From NCBI GenBank assembly GCA_002431355.1, contig DJEQ01000041.1, positions 35,258 to 99,257 of the forward strand: DNA of 64,000 nt, in the 5' to 3' direction. Both the position numbers and the translations under genes were made by a program. Below the pieces are notes generated by a model, which worked only from the letters and a program-made list of their open reading frames with translations, was not told the DNA's origin and did not search any database. Each line of letters opens with the position of its first letter. The first letter of the stretch is position 1. The stretch is from Oribacterium sp. UBA5894. GTDB lineage: Bacteria > Bacillota > Clostridia > Lachnospirales > Lachnospiraceae. This document shows positions 29,764-38,846 of this stretch, in pieces.

Positions 29764-30525
29764 TCAGGTCAGTGGCGTAACAAGTGCAAACGGTGGCTTC
29801 CCAGTGTCCTCTTCGATTCGTTTTTCAACTGGACTTTCAGGATTCATTACGGTTTCAACGATTTTTCCATCGACGACCCGGAGCTGTCGATCCGCCCAGG
29901 ATGCGATATGCGGGTCGTGCGTAACCATGATCAGTGTACGATGCTCTTCGCGTACGATTTTCTGGAGCAGGCGAAGAACTTCGTCCGTCGTATGGGAATC
30001 CAGGTTTCCGGTCGGTTCATCAGCAAAAATGATTTTCGGATCAATGACAAGTGCCCGCGCAATGCCGACACGCTGCTGCTGCCCGCCGGACATCTGGTTC
30101 GGCATATGGTCCTTCTGATCACCGATCCCGATGAGCTTCATGTATTTTACAGCTTCCTGAATGCGTTTTTCATAGGGGACCCCACGAAACATCAGCGGCA
30201 TGGCCACATTTTCAACGGCATTCATTGAGGCGATCAGATTATAGCTCTGAAAGATAAAGCCGACATTCTGGCGTCGAAAGCTTACAAGCTCTGACTCCTT
30301 CATCTTATCAATGCGTTTTCCTGCAATCTGAATCACTCCACGGGTGGGAGCCTCAAGTCCGGCAAGCATGTTGAGACAGGTTGATTTTCCTGAACCCGAC
30401 GTGCCTACAATGGCGACAAATTCACCCTGATATACATCAAAGGAAACTCCGTTCAGCGCATACACCTTATTCTCTCCGATTTTAAAGATTTTATATAAAT
30501 CCCGCACCTTGATAATAGGCTCCAT
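29764..30525 (-). CDS. MacB/LolD-type ABC ATPase
   Basis: GTSGSGKS, MSGGQQQR and ADEPTGNLD motifs. Confidence 0.95.
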   Translation of the reverse strand: MEPIIKVRDLYKIFKIGENKVYALNGVSFDVYQGEFVAIVGTSGSGKSTCLNMLAGLEAPTRGVIQIAGKRIDKMKESELVSFRRQNVGFIFQSYNLIASMNAVENVAMPLMFRGVPYEKRIQEAVKYMKLIGIGDQKDHMPNQMSGGQQQRVGIARALVIDPKIIFADEPTGNLDSHTTDEVLRLLQKIVREEHRTLIMVTHDPHIASWADRQLRVVDGKIVETVMNPESPVEKRIEEDTGKPPFALVTPLT

Positions 30526-30574
30526 GATCGTCTCCTGTCTTTATGAGATGCATCGAAATTCTGAATGGAATTTC

Positions 30575-30603
30575 ATTATATGCCAGCCACTCTGAATACA
30601 CAA
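30575..30603 (-). promoter_or_regulatory. Promoter of the ABC/surface-protein operon
   Basis: TTGTGT-17 bp-TATAAT, followed by the palindrome GAAATTC-N6-GAATTTC (30555-30574). Confidence 0.55.
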
Positions 30604-30674
30604 TGGACGAAATCATTAATGTCCTGATCCAAAGCTTCATCCGCTCTGCCACACCAACGTTGCCCTGTTTCCAT

Positions 30675-30703
30675 AAAAAAAGAACCGCCGAAGCGGTTCT
30701 CTT
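30675..30703 (-). terminator. serS terminator
   Basis: AGAACCGC-TTCG-GCGGTTCT stem followed by a T-run. Confidence 0.8.
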
Positions 30704-30705
30704 AT

Positions 30706-32025
30706 TTATGCATTGGCCGGCTTTCCTTCAATGGAATTCCACTTTGGTGTCAGTACCTTCGTACCACCCATATACGGCTGCAGAACCTCTGGAATCGTAA
30801 TGCTGCCATCTGCCTGCAGACGATTCTCAAGGAAGGCAATAAGCATACGAGGCGGTGCCACGCAGGTATTATTCAGCGTGTTCGCAAGATGAATCTTTCC
30901 ATCCTTTCCCTTAATACGGATGTGCAGACGTCTTGCCTGTGCATCGCCGAGATTTGAGCAAGAACCAACCTCGAAGTACTTCTTCTGACGAGGAGACCAG
31001 GCTTCCACGTCACAGGACTTGACCTTCAGGTCCGCAAGATCACCGGAGCAGCACTCGAGCGTACGTACCGGAATATCCATGGAACGGAAGAAGTCCACGG
31101 TGTTCTTCCAGAGCTTCTCATACCAGCTCATCGCATCCTCTGGTTCGCAGACGACGATCATCTCCTGCTTTTCAAACTGATGGATACGGTAGACACCTCT
31201 CTCCTCAATACCATGTGCGCCCTTCTCCTTACGGAAGCATGGAGAATACGACGTCAGCGTCAGCGGAAGGGTATCGGCCGGAAGAATCTCATCAATAAAG
31301 CGGCCGATCATGGAATGCTCCGAGGTACCGATCAGATAAAGATCCTCTCCCTCAATCTTGTACATCATGGCATCCATCTCTGCGAAGGACATGACACCAT
31401 CGACCACCTTTGAGCGAATCATATAAGGCGGGATGACATAGGTAAAGCCACGGTTGATCATGAAATCACGTGCATAGCTGAGAACCGCAGAGTGAAGTCG
31501 TGCAATGTCTCCAATAAGATAATAGAAGCCATTTCCTGCTACACGGCCAGCTGCATCGAGGTCAATGCCTCCGAAGGACTCCATAATATCCGTATGATAC
31601 GGAACCTCAAAATCCGGAACCACCGGCTCACCAAAGCGTTCATTCTCAACATTATGGGAGTCATCTGGTCCAATTGGAACCGACGCATCGATCATATTCG
31701 GAATGACCATCATGCGCTTCGTAACCTCGGCCTGAAGCTTCGGCTCCTGCTCTTCAAGCTCCTTTAAACGAGCGGTAAAAGCGCCAACCTCGGCCTTTAC
31801 CTCTTCGGCCTCTGCCTTCTTTCCCTGAGCCATAAGAGCACCAATCTGCTTCGATACGGCATTCTTCTTTGCACGAAGCTCATCGGCCTCCTGCTGGCAC
31901 TTCCGTGCTTCGAGATCATACTTGATGACTTCATCCACTAATGGAAGCTTTTCATCCTGGAATTTCTTTCGGATGTTCTCCTTGACAAGCTCCGGATTTT
32001 CTCTCACAAACTTAATATCTAACAT
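30706..32025 (-). CDS. serS: Serine-tRNA ligase
   Basis: MLDIKFVR N-terminus; LIGTSE, CFRKE, RIHQFEKQE and EVGSCSN motifs. Confidence 0.97.
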   Translation of the reverse strand: MLDIKFVRENPELVKENIRKKFQDEKLPLVDEVIKYDLEARKCQQEADELRAKKNAVSKQIGALMAQGKKAEAEEVKAEVGAFTARLKELEEQEPKLQAEVTKRMMVIPNMIDASVPIGPDDSHNVENERFGEPVVPDFEVPYHTDIMESFGGIDLDAAGRVAGNGFYYLIGDIARLHSAVLSYARDFMINRGFTYVIPPYMIRSKVVDGVMSFAEMDAMMYKIEGEDLYLIGTSEHSMIGRFIDEILPADTLPLTLTSYSPCFRKEKGAHGIEERGVYRIHQFEKQEMIVVCEPEDAMSWYEKLWKNTVDFFRSMDIPVRTLECCSGDLADLKVKSCDVEAWSPRQKKYFEVGSCSNLGDAQARRLHIRIKGKDGKIHLANTLNNTCVAPPRMLIAFLENRLQADGSITIPEVLQPYMGGTKVLTPKWNSIEGKPANA

Positions 32026-32078
32026 AGGATTTTCTCCCCTTCCACGAATATACAATTGTAGCGTTAGACGCAACACTT

Positions 32079-32107
32079 ACTATAGCTTGAATTTCAGTGC
32101 TTTTCAA
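32079..32107 (-). promoter_or_regulatory. serS promoter
   Basis: TTGAAA-17 bp-TATAGT. Confidence 0.55.
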
Positions 32108-32178
32108 GTCATTCTGACGGAAGCCGTGTTCTCAAGGGCAGTTCCACGAAAAAGTGTGCCCTGTGAATGCAGCGTTTT

Positions 32179-33069
32179 TCATGCTAAAGCGCTCAGAATA
32201 TCCTCGAACTGTACACCATACAGAATTGGAACCCCGGCTTCGTCGCTGTGTCGAATGCTGAGCGAAATAAAATCCCCCGCACGCTGAACCGCCTCTTCCA
32301 GTTTCTCTCCCCTGAGATACAGGCTGCCGACAATTGCACTGAAGGCATCGCCTGTTCCAGGTCTTCCCTCTCCTGTCCGAGGATTTTTAATAAAGCGAAG
32401 ATCCATCGTGTCTTCAGACAGCACATTGATGAGTGTGTCGACTTTCGTGGCAGCATCTGGAAGTGCACCTTCCTTTGCCGCCTCCACCCCTGTAATGATG
32501 ATGGCACCCTGGGTTTCATGGTGCAGCTCTGAAAGCAGCGCATGCATCACCATGCCTCTTGCCGCATCCGTCGTACAGGTATCCAGCGTTTCCTTTAAGC
32601 CCGCATAATCAAAGTCAGCGAGAAACGCGGCCTCCGTAAGATTCGGACAGATAAGATCTGCCTTCCTGCAGAGCGTGCGCATCGCTGTAATGTGCTGCTC
32701 GGTTATGCCACGGTACAGCTTTCCATGATCGGCCATCACTGGATCGAGAATGACCTTCAGTGAAGGATTTCTCTCCTTTTCTTTTTCAATATAGCGTTCC
32801 AGCGCAGTCAGGTCTGTACAGTCACCGAGATAGCCGATCAGGATACCATCAAAGTGAATGTGATTCTCTTCGAGGGCAGAGAGACACCCAGCCATCTCCT
32901 GCCCAAGCCCCACGCTGTAACCATGTGGAAATGCCGTATGGTTACTGAGAACCGCCGTGGGAATCGGGGATGCGGTGAGCTTCAAGGTCGAAACAATGGG
33001 AATCTGAATGGACAGTGAGCAGCGTCCGACGCTGGAAAGATCATTGATCAGTGCAAGTGTTTTCAGCAC
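32179..33069 (-). CDS. pdxK: Pyridoxal/pyridoxamine kinase (PfkB superfamily)
   Basis: DLSSVGRCS, DPVMAD, PNLTEA and GTGD motifs. Confidence 0.85.
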   Translation of the reverse strand: MLKTLALINDLSSVGRCSLSIQIPIVSTLKLTASPIPTAVLSNHTAFPHGYSVGLGQEMAGCLSALEENHIHFDGILIGYLGDCTDLTALERYIEKEKERNPSLKVILDPVMADHGKLYRGITEQHITAMRTLCRKADLICPNLTEAAFLADFDYAGLKETLDTCTTDAARGMVMHALLSELHHETQGAIIITGVEAAKEGALPDAATKVDTLINVLSEDTMDLRFIKNPRTGEGRPGTGDAFSAIVGSLYLRGEKLEEAVQRAGDFISLSIRHSDEAGVPILYGVQFEDILSALA

Positions 33070-33080
33070 AACATACTCCT

Positions 33081-33743
33081 TTAAGAATGAAGAATTTCAT
33101 GAAAGGCCTTCACATGGTCTGCCATTTTTTCATGTGGCCGAAACACCGCAGAGCCTGCAATAAAGAAGTTCGCCCCTGCATCCTTGATTTCCTTCACATT
33201 TTCCAGTGTAACTCCGCCATCAATGCCGATGTTTAAATCGATCCCGGCCTCCTCGGCCTCATGTCGCAGCGCGCGGATCTTATCGATGGTATACGGAATC
33301 AGCTTCTGTCCGCCAAAGCCCGGATTGACCGACATGATCAGAACGAGATCAACCATCGGAAGAATGCAGTCAAGCGTGCTGATCGGTGTGGCCGGATTCA
33401 GGGCTACCCCCGCCTTCAGCCCATGCTCCCGAATCTGCTGCAGGGTGCGATCGAGGTGCGTACAGGCTTCCTGATGGACCGTAATTCCATCGGCTCCTGC
33501 CTTTGCCACCTCATCAATATAACGGCCTGGCTCAGACACCATCATATGGACATCAAAAAAGCAGTGATTGTCCTTTCGTACCGACTGAATCACCGGCATT
33601 CCGAACGAGATATTCGGTACAAAATCGCCGTCCATCATATCAAAGTGAAGATACTTCGTGCCCGCCATTTCCAGTACGTGCAGATCCTCCCGAAGATTTC
33701 CGAAATCGGCCGATAAAATCGATGGAGACAGGTTATAATTCAT
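33081..33743 (-). CDS. rpe: Ribulose-phosphate 3-epimerase
   Basis: SPSILSAD, HFDMMDG, MSVNPGFGGQ and IDGG motifs. Confidence 0.97.
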   Translation of the reverse strand: MNYNLSPSILSADFGNLREDLHVLEMAGTKYLHFDMMDGDFVPNISFGMPVIQSVRKDNHCFFDVHMMVSEPGRYIDEVAKAGADGITVHQEACTHLDRTLQQIREHGLKAGVALNPATPISTLDCILPMVDLVLIMSVNPGFGGQKLIPYTIDKIRALRHEAEEAGIDLNIGIDGGVTLENVKEIKDAGANFFIAGSAVFRPHEKMADHVKAFHEILHS

Positions 33744-33802
33744 CTTATTTCCTCTTTTCTTGTCATCATTTGTCTTAGGACGCGTTCCACAGGAAAGGAA
33801 TC

Positions 33803-34795
33803 CTAATATCGTTTCTGTTCCTTCAGCTCCTGGTAAAGCATGACATAGCTCTCATAGCGCTCGCGGGCAATGCTTCCTTCCTGAACCGCACGCTTAACCG
33901 CGCAGTCCTTCTCACCGATATGAACGCAGGTGTGAAAGCGACAGGCACTGCGGTACTGTTCGAATTCCGGAAAGTAATACATCAGGCGTTCAGGCTCAAT
34001 GTCCATGACATAAAGTGATGTGAAGCCCGGTGTATCGAGCACATAGCTGTTGTCGTCCATGTAAAAAAATTCCGAATGGCGGGTTGTGTTTTTTCCGCGT
34101 TCAATTTTCCGGCTGAGCTCACCCGTTTCCATATGGGCATCCGGATGAATAAGATTCGTTAACGATGATTTTCCAACCCCGCTTGGGCCCGAAAGGACCG
34201 TCGTTTTGCCACGAAGCACCTCCATGATTTCCGGCAGGCTTTCCTTATTCCGCGTGCTGATTTCCAGCACACGATAGCCTGCTTTCCGATAGATTTCCGG
34301 AATCAGCTCCGGATGCTCTGCATGAATCTCCGGTATGCTTTTCGCTCTCGCCCGTTTCTTTTTCCAGGCATTCCGGTCTTCGGACAGAATTTCCTCTTCT
34401 TCCAGAGAGCTTTCCGAATCGGACGTCTGCACGAGGTCCACCTTATTAAAGAAAATGGTGACCGGAATATCCCGCTGTTCCATATTGATGAGAAAACGAT
34501 CCAGCAGGTTCAGGTTAGGATCTGGATGACGAAGCGCAAATATGACAACCGCCTGGTCGACATTGGCTACCGCCGGGCGAATCAGCTGATTTTTCCTCGG
34601 AAGGATGCGAATCACCGATCCCTCATGCTCCTTTTCAGAGTCCTGCACGGGAGAAATCTCTGCATTGTCTCCGACCAGTGGCTTTTCATTTCGATTGCGA
34701 AAGATTCCCTTCGCTCGACATTCATAATCGCCCTCCGGCGTATGGACATAATAGAAGCCCCCGATTCCCTTATATATTTTTCCTTTCAGTATCAT
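33803..34795 (-). CDS. rsgA: Ribosome small subunit-dependent GTPase RsgA/CpgA
   Basis: OB domain; NKVD, GPSGVGKSS and DTPG motifs; CRFHTCVH..C zinc site. Confidence 0.95.
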   Translation of the reverse strand: MILKGKIYKGIGGFYYVHTPEGDYECRAKGIFRNRNEKPLVGDNAEISPVQDSEKEHEGSVIRILPRKNQLIRPAVANVDQAVVIFALRHPDPNLNLLDRFLINMEQRDIPVTIFFNKVDLVQTSDSESSLEEEEILSEDRNAWKKKRARAKSIPEIHAEHPELIPEIYRKAGYRVLEISTRNKESLPEIMEVLRGKTTVLSGPSGVGKSSLTNLIHPDAHMETGELSRKIERGKNTTRHSEFFYMDDNSYVLDTPGFTSLYVMDIEPERLMYYFPEFEQYRSACRFHTCVHIGEKDCAVKRAVQEGSIARERYESYVMLYQELKEQKRY

Positions 34796-34809
34796 CCGTC
34801 ACCTCAAGC

Positions 34810-36954
34810 TCATGAATTTCTCGGTGCAAAATTGACCGAATACGACGCGATTACCGTATCATTCGAAGCATCGACAATTTCCACGGTTCCCTTCGTTACA
34901 CCCGTCGCGCCCTTGATGGATGGTATAACCACCTGAAGCTCTGTCCCTGCTGCATAGGAGCGTGCCTCCTGCAGTGTCGTATACCGCTCGGTCCCATCGA
35001 TATCCTGGCAGAGACGGATCAGAATCACACGGGTATTGGATGCCGCCGGACTGGTTTCACCACCGATCTTCACGGCGGTATTGATGGAGCCGTACCAGGC
35101 ATTGTCGGTTCCACTTACCAAAGCCCCCGTCGTGAAGGGTTCTCCGGTGCTGGAAGCTACGGTGAGGCGAATGGCCGTACCTCTGGATACTTCCGTTCCA
35201 GCGGTCAGGGACTGGTCCACAACGACGTTCTCGCCTTCTTCACTTTCCACGTAGTCGATGCCCTCCAGCTGAAGCCCCGCATCCTCCAGCGTCGACATGG
35301 CTTCCTCGAGCTCCAGATCGTGAAGCTCCGGTACCAGAACAGGATCCTCCACCTGCTGAGTGCCACTCGACCGTGTAATAATCAGCATCGATGTTCCGCT
35401 TGTGTCCGGCTTATTTGTGCGGATTACATTGCCCTTCGGAACCGTATCGGATGCCTCGTCCTCGACCTTATACGTTATTTTCCGCTTTTCCAGTTCATCC
35501 AGGAGCGACTGGCACTTCATGGTATGAAGCGCCTCCAGATTTTTCGTGTCCGGATCATAAAACTCAATGGTTTTTGCACCGTCAGACAGTGTCAGGTCGA
35601 GGACATTGCCCTGCCCGCTCTTTTCCTTTTCATACGAAAGAATGACACCTGGGGTTGGATACTTATCCGAATAGTCCTCCTTTACGGTTTTCAGATGTAC
35701 ATTGTACGCCTTCAGATACTCCTCTGCCTCTTCCACGGTCTTTCCCACAATGTTTGGAAGCAGGTTGTCCAGGGCAGAAATCGTAATATTGATCGTCGCG
35801 GCCTCTGTCACGGTGCTGCTTTCTTCCGTTGCCTGGGTGGTCTCCAGTGCTGTTTTACTCTCCCGGAGGAAGGAAAGCATATTACGGCCAATGATGACAA
35901 CCAGAACAACGATGAGCAGGACGCACACCGCTGCAATCAGACGATAGAGCTTTGTCATATGGAAGCCCGGTCCTTCATTTGCTTCCTCGTCCTCCTCCCC
36001 GGCCTCCAGACCTGCGACCTTCTGTCGCAGCTCCTGCCGATGCTTCAGGAGTGCCAGCTCCCGTGGGGACAGCACGCGTGTTTCACTGAGATCCTCCGGC
36101 ATTTCTCCCGCCATAAAGGAGCCACTCGGATCCTTCAGAGCCCTTCGAAGATCCTCCATGAGCTCCCCGATGTGCTGATAGCGCAGCTTTGGCTTCTTCT
36201 GCATGCACTTATAGACTGCCATATCCAGTGCAGGATAGACATCCGGTACGAGATCCTTTACATGCGGAACCGGATTTTCAAGATGCGCAAATACAACCGA
36301 AACGGAGGTATCTCCGTCATAGGGCACCTGTCCGGTCAGCATTTCATAGAGTGTGCAGCCGAAGCTGTAAATGTCCGAGCGCTCATCGGACTGTCCAGAG
36401 CGCGCCTGCTCTGGCGAGATGTAGTGGACGGAGCCCATGACAGTTGCATTGACCGTCTGCTGCGTGGCGGCACGTGCAATACCGAAATCTGCCACCTTCA
36501 CATTGCCCTCACTGTCCACGATGATATTCTGCGGCTTGATGTCCCGATGCACGATGCCCATCTTATGTGCGAGCTCAATGCCGGCTGCCGCCTGCAGTGC
36601 GATGGCGATGGCCTCCTGAGAATCCATCCGACCGGCCCGTTTAATATAGTTCTTCAGCGTAATCCCCTCCACGAGCTCCATCACAATATAATGGAGCTTC
36701 GTCTCGAGATTATCGACAATGTCATACACTGCAACGATGTTCGGATGGTTCAGCTTCGCCGCTGCCTGTGCTTCATTCTGAAACTTGCGGATGAAATCCT
36801 CATCCTCACAGTACTCCTCCTTCAGCACCTTAATGGCCACTTCGCGCCCCATTTTTTTATCATTTGCGCGATAGACATAGCTCATGCCGCCCTGTCCGAT
36901 CAGTGTGTCGATCTCATAGCGATCATCCAGAATCTGTCCCTGTACAAGCATCAT
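34810..36954 (-). CDS. prkC: PASTA-domain Ser/Thr kinase PrkC/PknB
   Basis: GQGGMS, HRDIKPQN and DFGIA motifs; TM helix; PASTA-like repeats. Confidence 0.93.
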   Translation of the reverse strand: MMLVQGQILDDRYEIDTLIGQGGMSYVYRANDKKMGREVAIKVLKEEYCEDEDFIRKFQNEAQAAAKLNHPNIVAVYDIVDNLETKLHYIVMELVEGITLKNYIKRAGRMDSQEAIAIALQAAAGIELAHKMGIVHRDIKPQNIIVDSEGNVKVADFGIARAATQQTVNATVMGSVHYISPEQARSGQSDERSDIYSFGCTLYEMLTGQVPYDGDTSVSVVFAHLENPVPHVKDLVPDVYPALDMAVYKCMQKKPKLRYQHIGELMEDLRRALKDPSGSFMAGEMPEDLSETRVLSPRELALLKHRQELRQKVAGLEAGEEDEEANEGPGFHMTKLYRLIAAVCVLLIVVLVVIIGRNMLSFLRESKTALETTQATEESSTVTEAATINITISALDNLLPNIVGKTVEEAEEYLKAYNVHLKTVKEDYSDKYPTPGVILSYEKEKSGQGNVLDLTLSDGAKTIEFYDPDTKNLEALHTMKCQSLLDELEKRKITYKVEDEASDTVPKGNVIRTNKPDTSGTSMLIITRSSGTQQVEDPVLVPELHDLELEEAMSTLEDAGLQLEGIDYVESEEGENVVVDQSLTAGTEVSRGTAIRLTVASSTGEPFTTGALVSGTDNAWYGSINTAVKIGGETSPAASNTRVILIRLCQDIDGTERYTTLQEARSYAAGTELQVVIPSIKGATGVTKGTVEIVDASNDTVIASYSVNFAPRNS

Positions 36955-37700
36955 GCGGTTGCCTCCTCTCGGTATGGGCCGGTCAGAACGATGCCGATAT
37001 TGTCTTTCCCGCCGTTGATATTTGCCATATCGATCAGTGCCTGCACCTTTTCCTGCACCGTTGTCTCCTCACGGACGATGGTGCGGATGCTCTCATTGTC
37101 CACCATGTTGGACAGCCCATCCGAACAGAGCAGAAGGTAATCCCCTTCCGACAGCTCTACCTCAAAGAAGTCCGCCTCCACCTCCGGCTCGATGCCGACG
37201 GCACGCGTAATGATGTTTCGGGAGCTCATATACTCCTGTGAGCCCCGCCGCATCAGACCTCTTCGAACCATTTCCTCTACATAGGAGTGGTCCCGTGTGA
37301 TCTGCCGAATGCTGTTTCCGTGAATCAGATAGGCCCTCGAGTCGCCAATGTTTCCGACGGTCAGACTGGTTCCATCAATATAGGCAACGACGAGTGTGGT
37401 TCCCATGCCATTCAGATTCTGATTCTGCTCAGACATCTGAAAAAGGCGCCGGTTTACCTCGCCGATGCCCTCCTGCAGCAGTCGGATTTCCGGCATCGGC
37501 TGCTGCCGTTCCATGATATAGTCCTTCAGAGTGTCTACGGTATACCGGGAGGCATAATCTCCTGCCTTATGGCCACCCATGCCATCCGCGAGAAGAAAGA
37601 GATTCGGCAGCTCTCCGATTGGCTGATTCGTAGCATAGACATAATCCTGATTCATATGTCGTCGCTGCCCCTTATCGGTTTTTGCAAAATAGTCCATCAT
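36951..37700 (-). CDS. prpC: PP2C Ser/Thr phosphatase PrpC/Stp1
   Basis: ADGMGGH, GDSR, CSDGL and GGKDN motifs. Confidence 0.95.
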   Translation of the reverse strand: MMDYFAKTDKGQRRHMNQDYVYATNQPIGELPNLFLLADGMGGHKAGDYASRYTVDTLKDYIMERQQPMPEIRLLQEGIGEVNRRLFQMSEQNQNLNGMGTTLVVAYIDGTSLTVGNIGDSRAYLIHGNSIRQITRDHSYVEEMVRRGLMRRGSQEYMSSRNIITRAVGIEPEVEADFFEVELSEGDYLLLCSDGLSNMVDNESIRTIVREETTVQEKVQALIDMANINGGKDNIGIVLTGPYREEATA

Positions 37701-37778
37701 ACGTTTCCTCTATGCTCGATCCATTGTATTCGGCCTCGTCCATCCAGCAGTCTGTAAGCCGCTCAGTGGTATGCCTCC

Positions 37779-38846
37779 TTACGCTTTCGAATGAACGCCC
37801 TCGGTCTCCAGGTAATCCCGTCGAAGCTGTCCACAGGAGCCGGAAATATCTGAACCCATCTCACGACGGATGGTAGCTGTAATGCCATTTCGCTCCAGGA
37901 CATGCTGGAAGGCCTCTACCTTCGAGCGATCCGGTCGTTTCCAGTCACGCTCCTTGATCGGATTGACCGGAATCAGGTTGACATGGCACTGCAGCCTTCC
38001 GCCATCCTTCATGCCACGGATCAGTCGAACCAGCTCCATGGCCTCCTGCTTATTGTCATTCACACCTTCCACGACCGAGTACTCAAAGGTAACACGACGT
38101 CCGGTCTTTTCAAAATAGTACTCTATAGCCGGCATGATTTCTGAAAGGGAATACTTCTTTGCAATCGGCATCAGCTTCTGTCTGGTTTCATCGTTTGGCG
38201 CATGGAGACTCAGTGCCAGCGTGATGCCTGCATTTTCATCGGCCAGCTGACGGATTCTGGGAACAAGCCCACAGGTGGAAACCGTGATATTCCGTCTGGA
38301 AATATGCAGTCCGTTTTCATCTGAAATCATCCGTATAAAGCGGGTAAATTCATCATAATTATCGAGGGGCTCTCCAGAACCCATGATAACAATATTGTCT
38401 ACCCGTACGCCGGTCGTACGCTGAATCTGATAAATCTGTCCCAGCATCTCGCCGCTCGTCAGATTTCTGGCCAGTCCATCGAGGGTGGAAGCGCAGAACT
38501 TACAGCCCATACGGCAGCCAACCTGCGAAGAGATGCATACACTGTGTCCATGCTGGTATTCCATCCAGACCGATTCGATCACATGGCCATCCTGCATTCG
38601 AAAGATAAATTTCTTTGTACCATCGATTTTTGATGTGAGTACCTCCACCGTTTCCGGGAGAGCAACGCTGTAGGATGCACGCAGCTTCTCTCGAAGTGAT
38701 TTCGAAAGATTCGTCATCTCATCTACATCGGTCACCAGATTCTGATGCAGCCAGGTATAGAGCTGCTTTGCGCGGAAGGGCTTTTCACCCATATCCTCCA
38801 GCAGCTTTTTCATATCCTTCAGTTCTATGTCTCGTAAATTTTTCAT
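37779..38846 (-). CDS. rlmN: 23S rRNA/tRNA m2A radical-SAM methyltransferase
   Basis: CISSQVGCRMGCKFC, MGSGEP and CGQL motifs. Confidence 0.95.
   Translation of the reverse strand: MKNLRDIELKDMKKLLEDMGEKPFRAKQLYTWLHQNLVTDVDEMTNLSKSLREKLRASYSVALPETVEVLTSKIDGTKKFIFRMQDGHVIESVWMEYQHGHSVCISSQVGCRMGCKFCASTLDGLARNLTSGEMLGQIYQIQRTTGVRVDNIVIMGSGEPLDNYDEFTRFIRMISDENGLHISRRNITVSTCGLVPRIRQLADENAGITLALSLHAPNDETRQKLMPIAKKYSLSEIMPAIEYYFEKTGRRVTFEYSVVEGVNDNKQEAMELVRLIRGMKDGGRLQCHVNLIPVNPIKERDWKRPDRSKVEAFQHVLERNGITATIRREMGSDISGSCGQLRRDYLETEGVHSKA

Noticed and set aside
35320..37140. 606 aa plus-strand ORF
   Set aside because: It lies antisense to prkC/prpC, has no recognisable motifs, and shows the His/Leu/Arg-rich composition typical of shadow ORFs.
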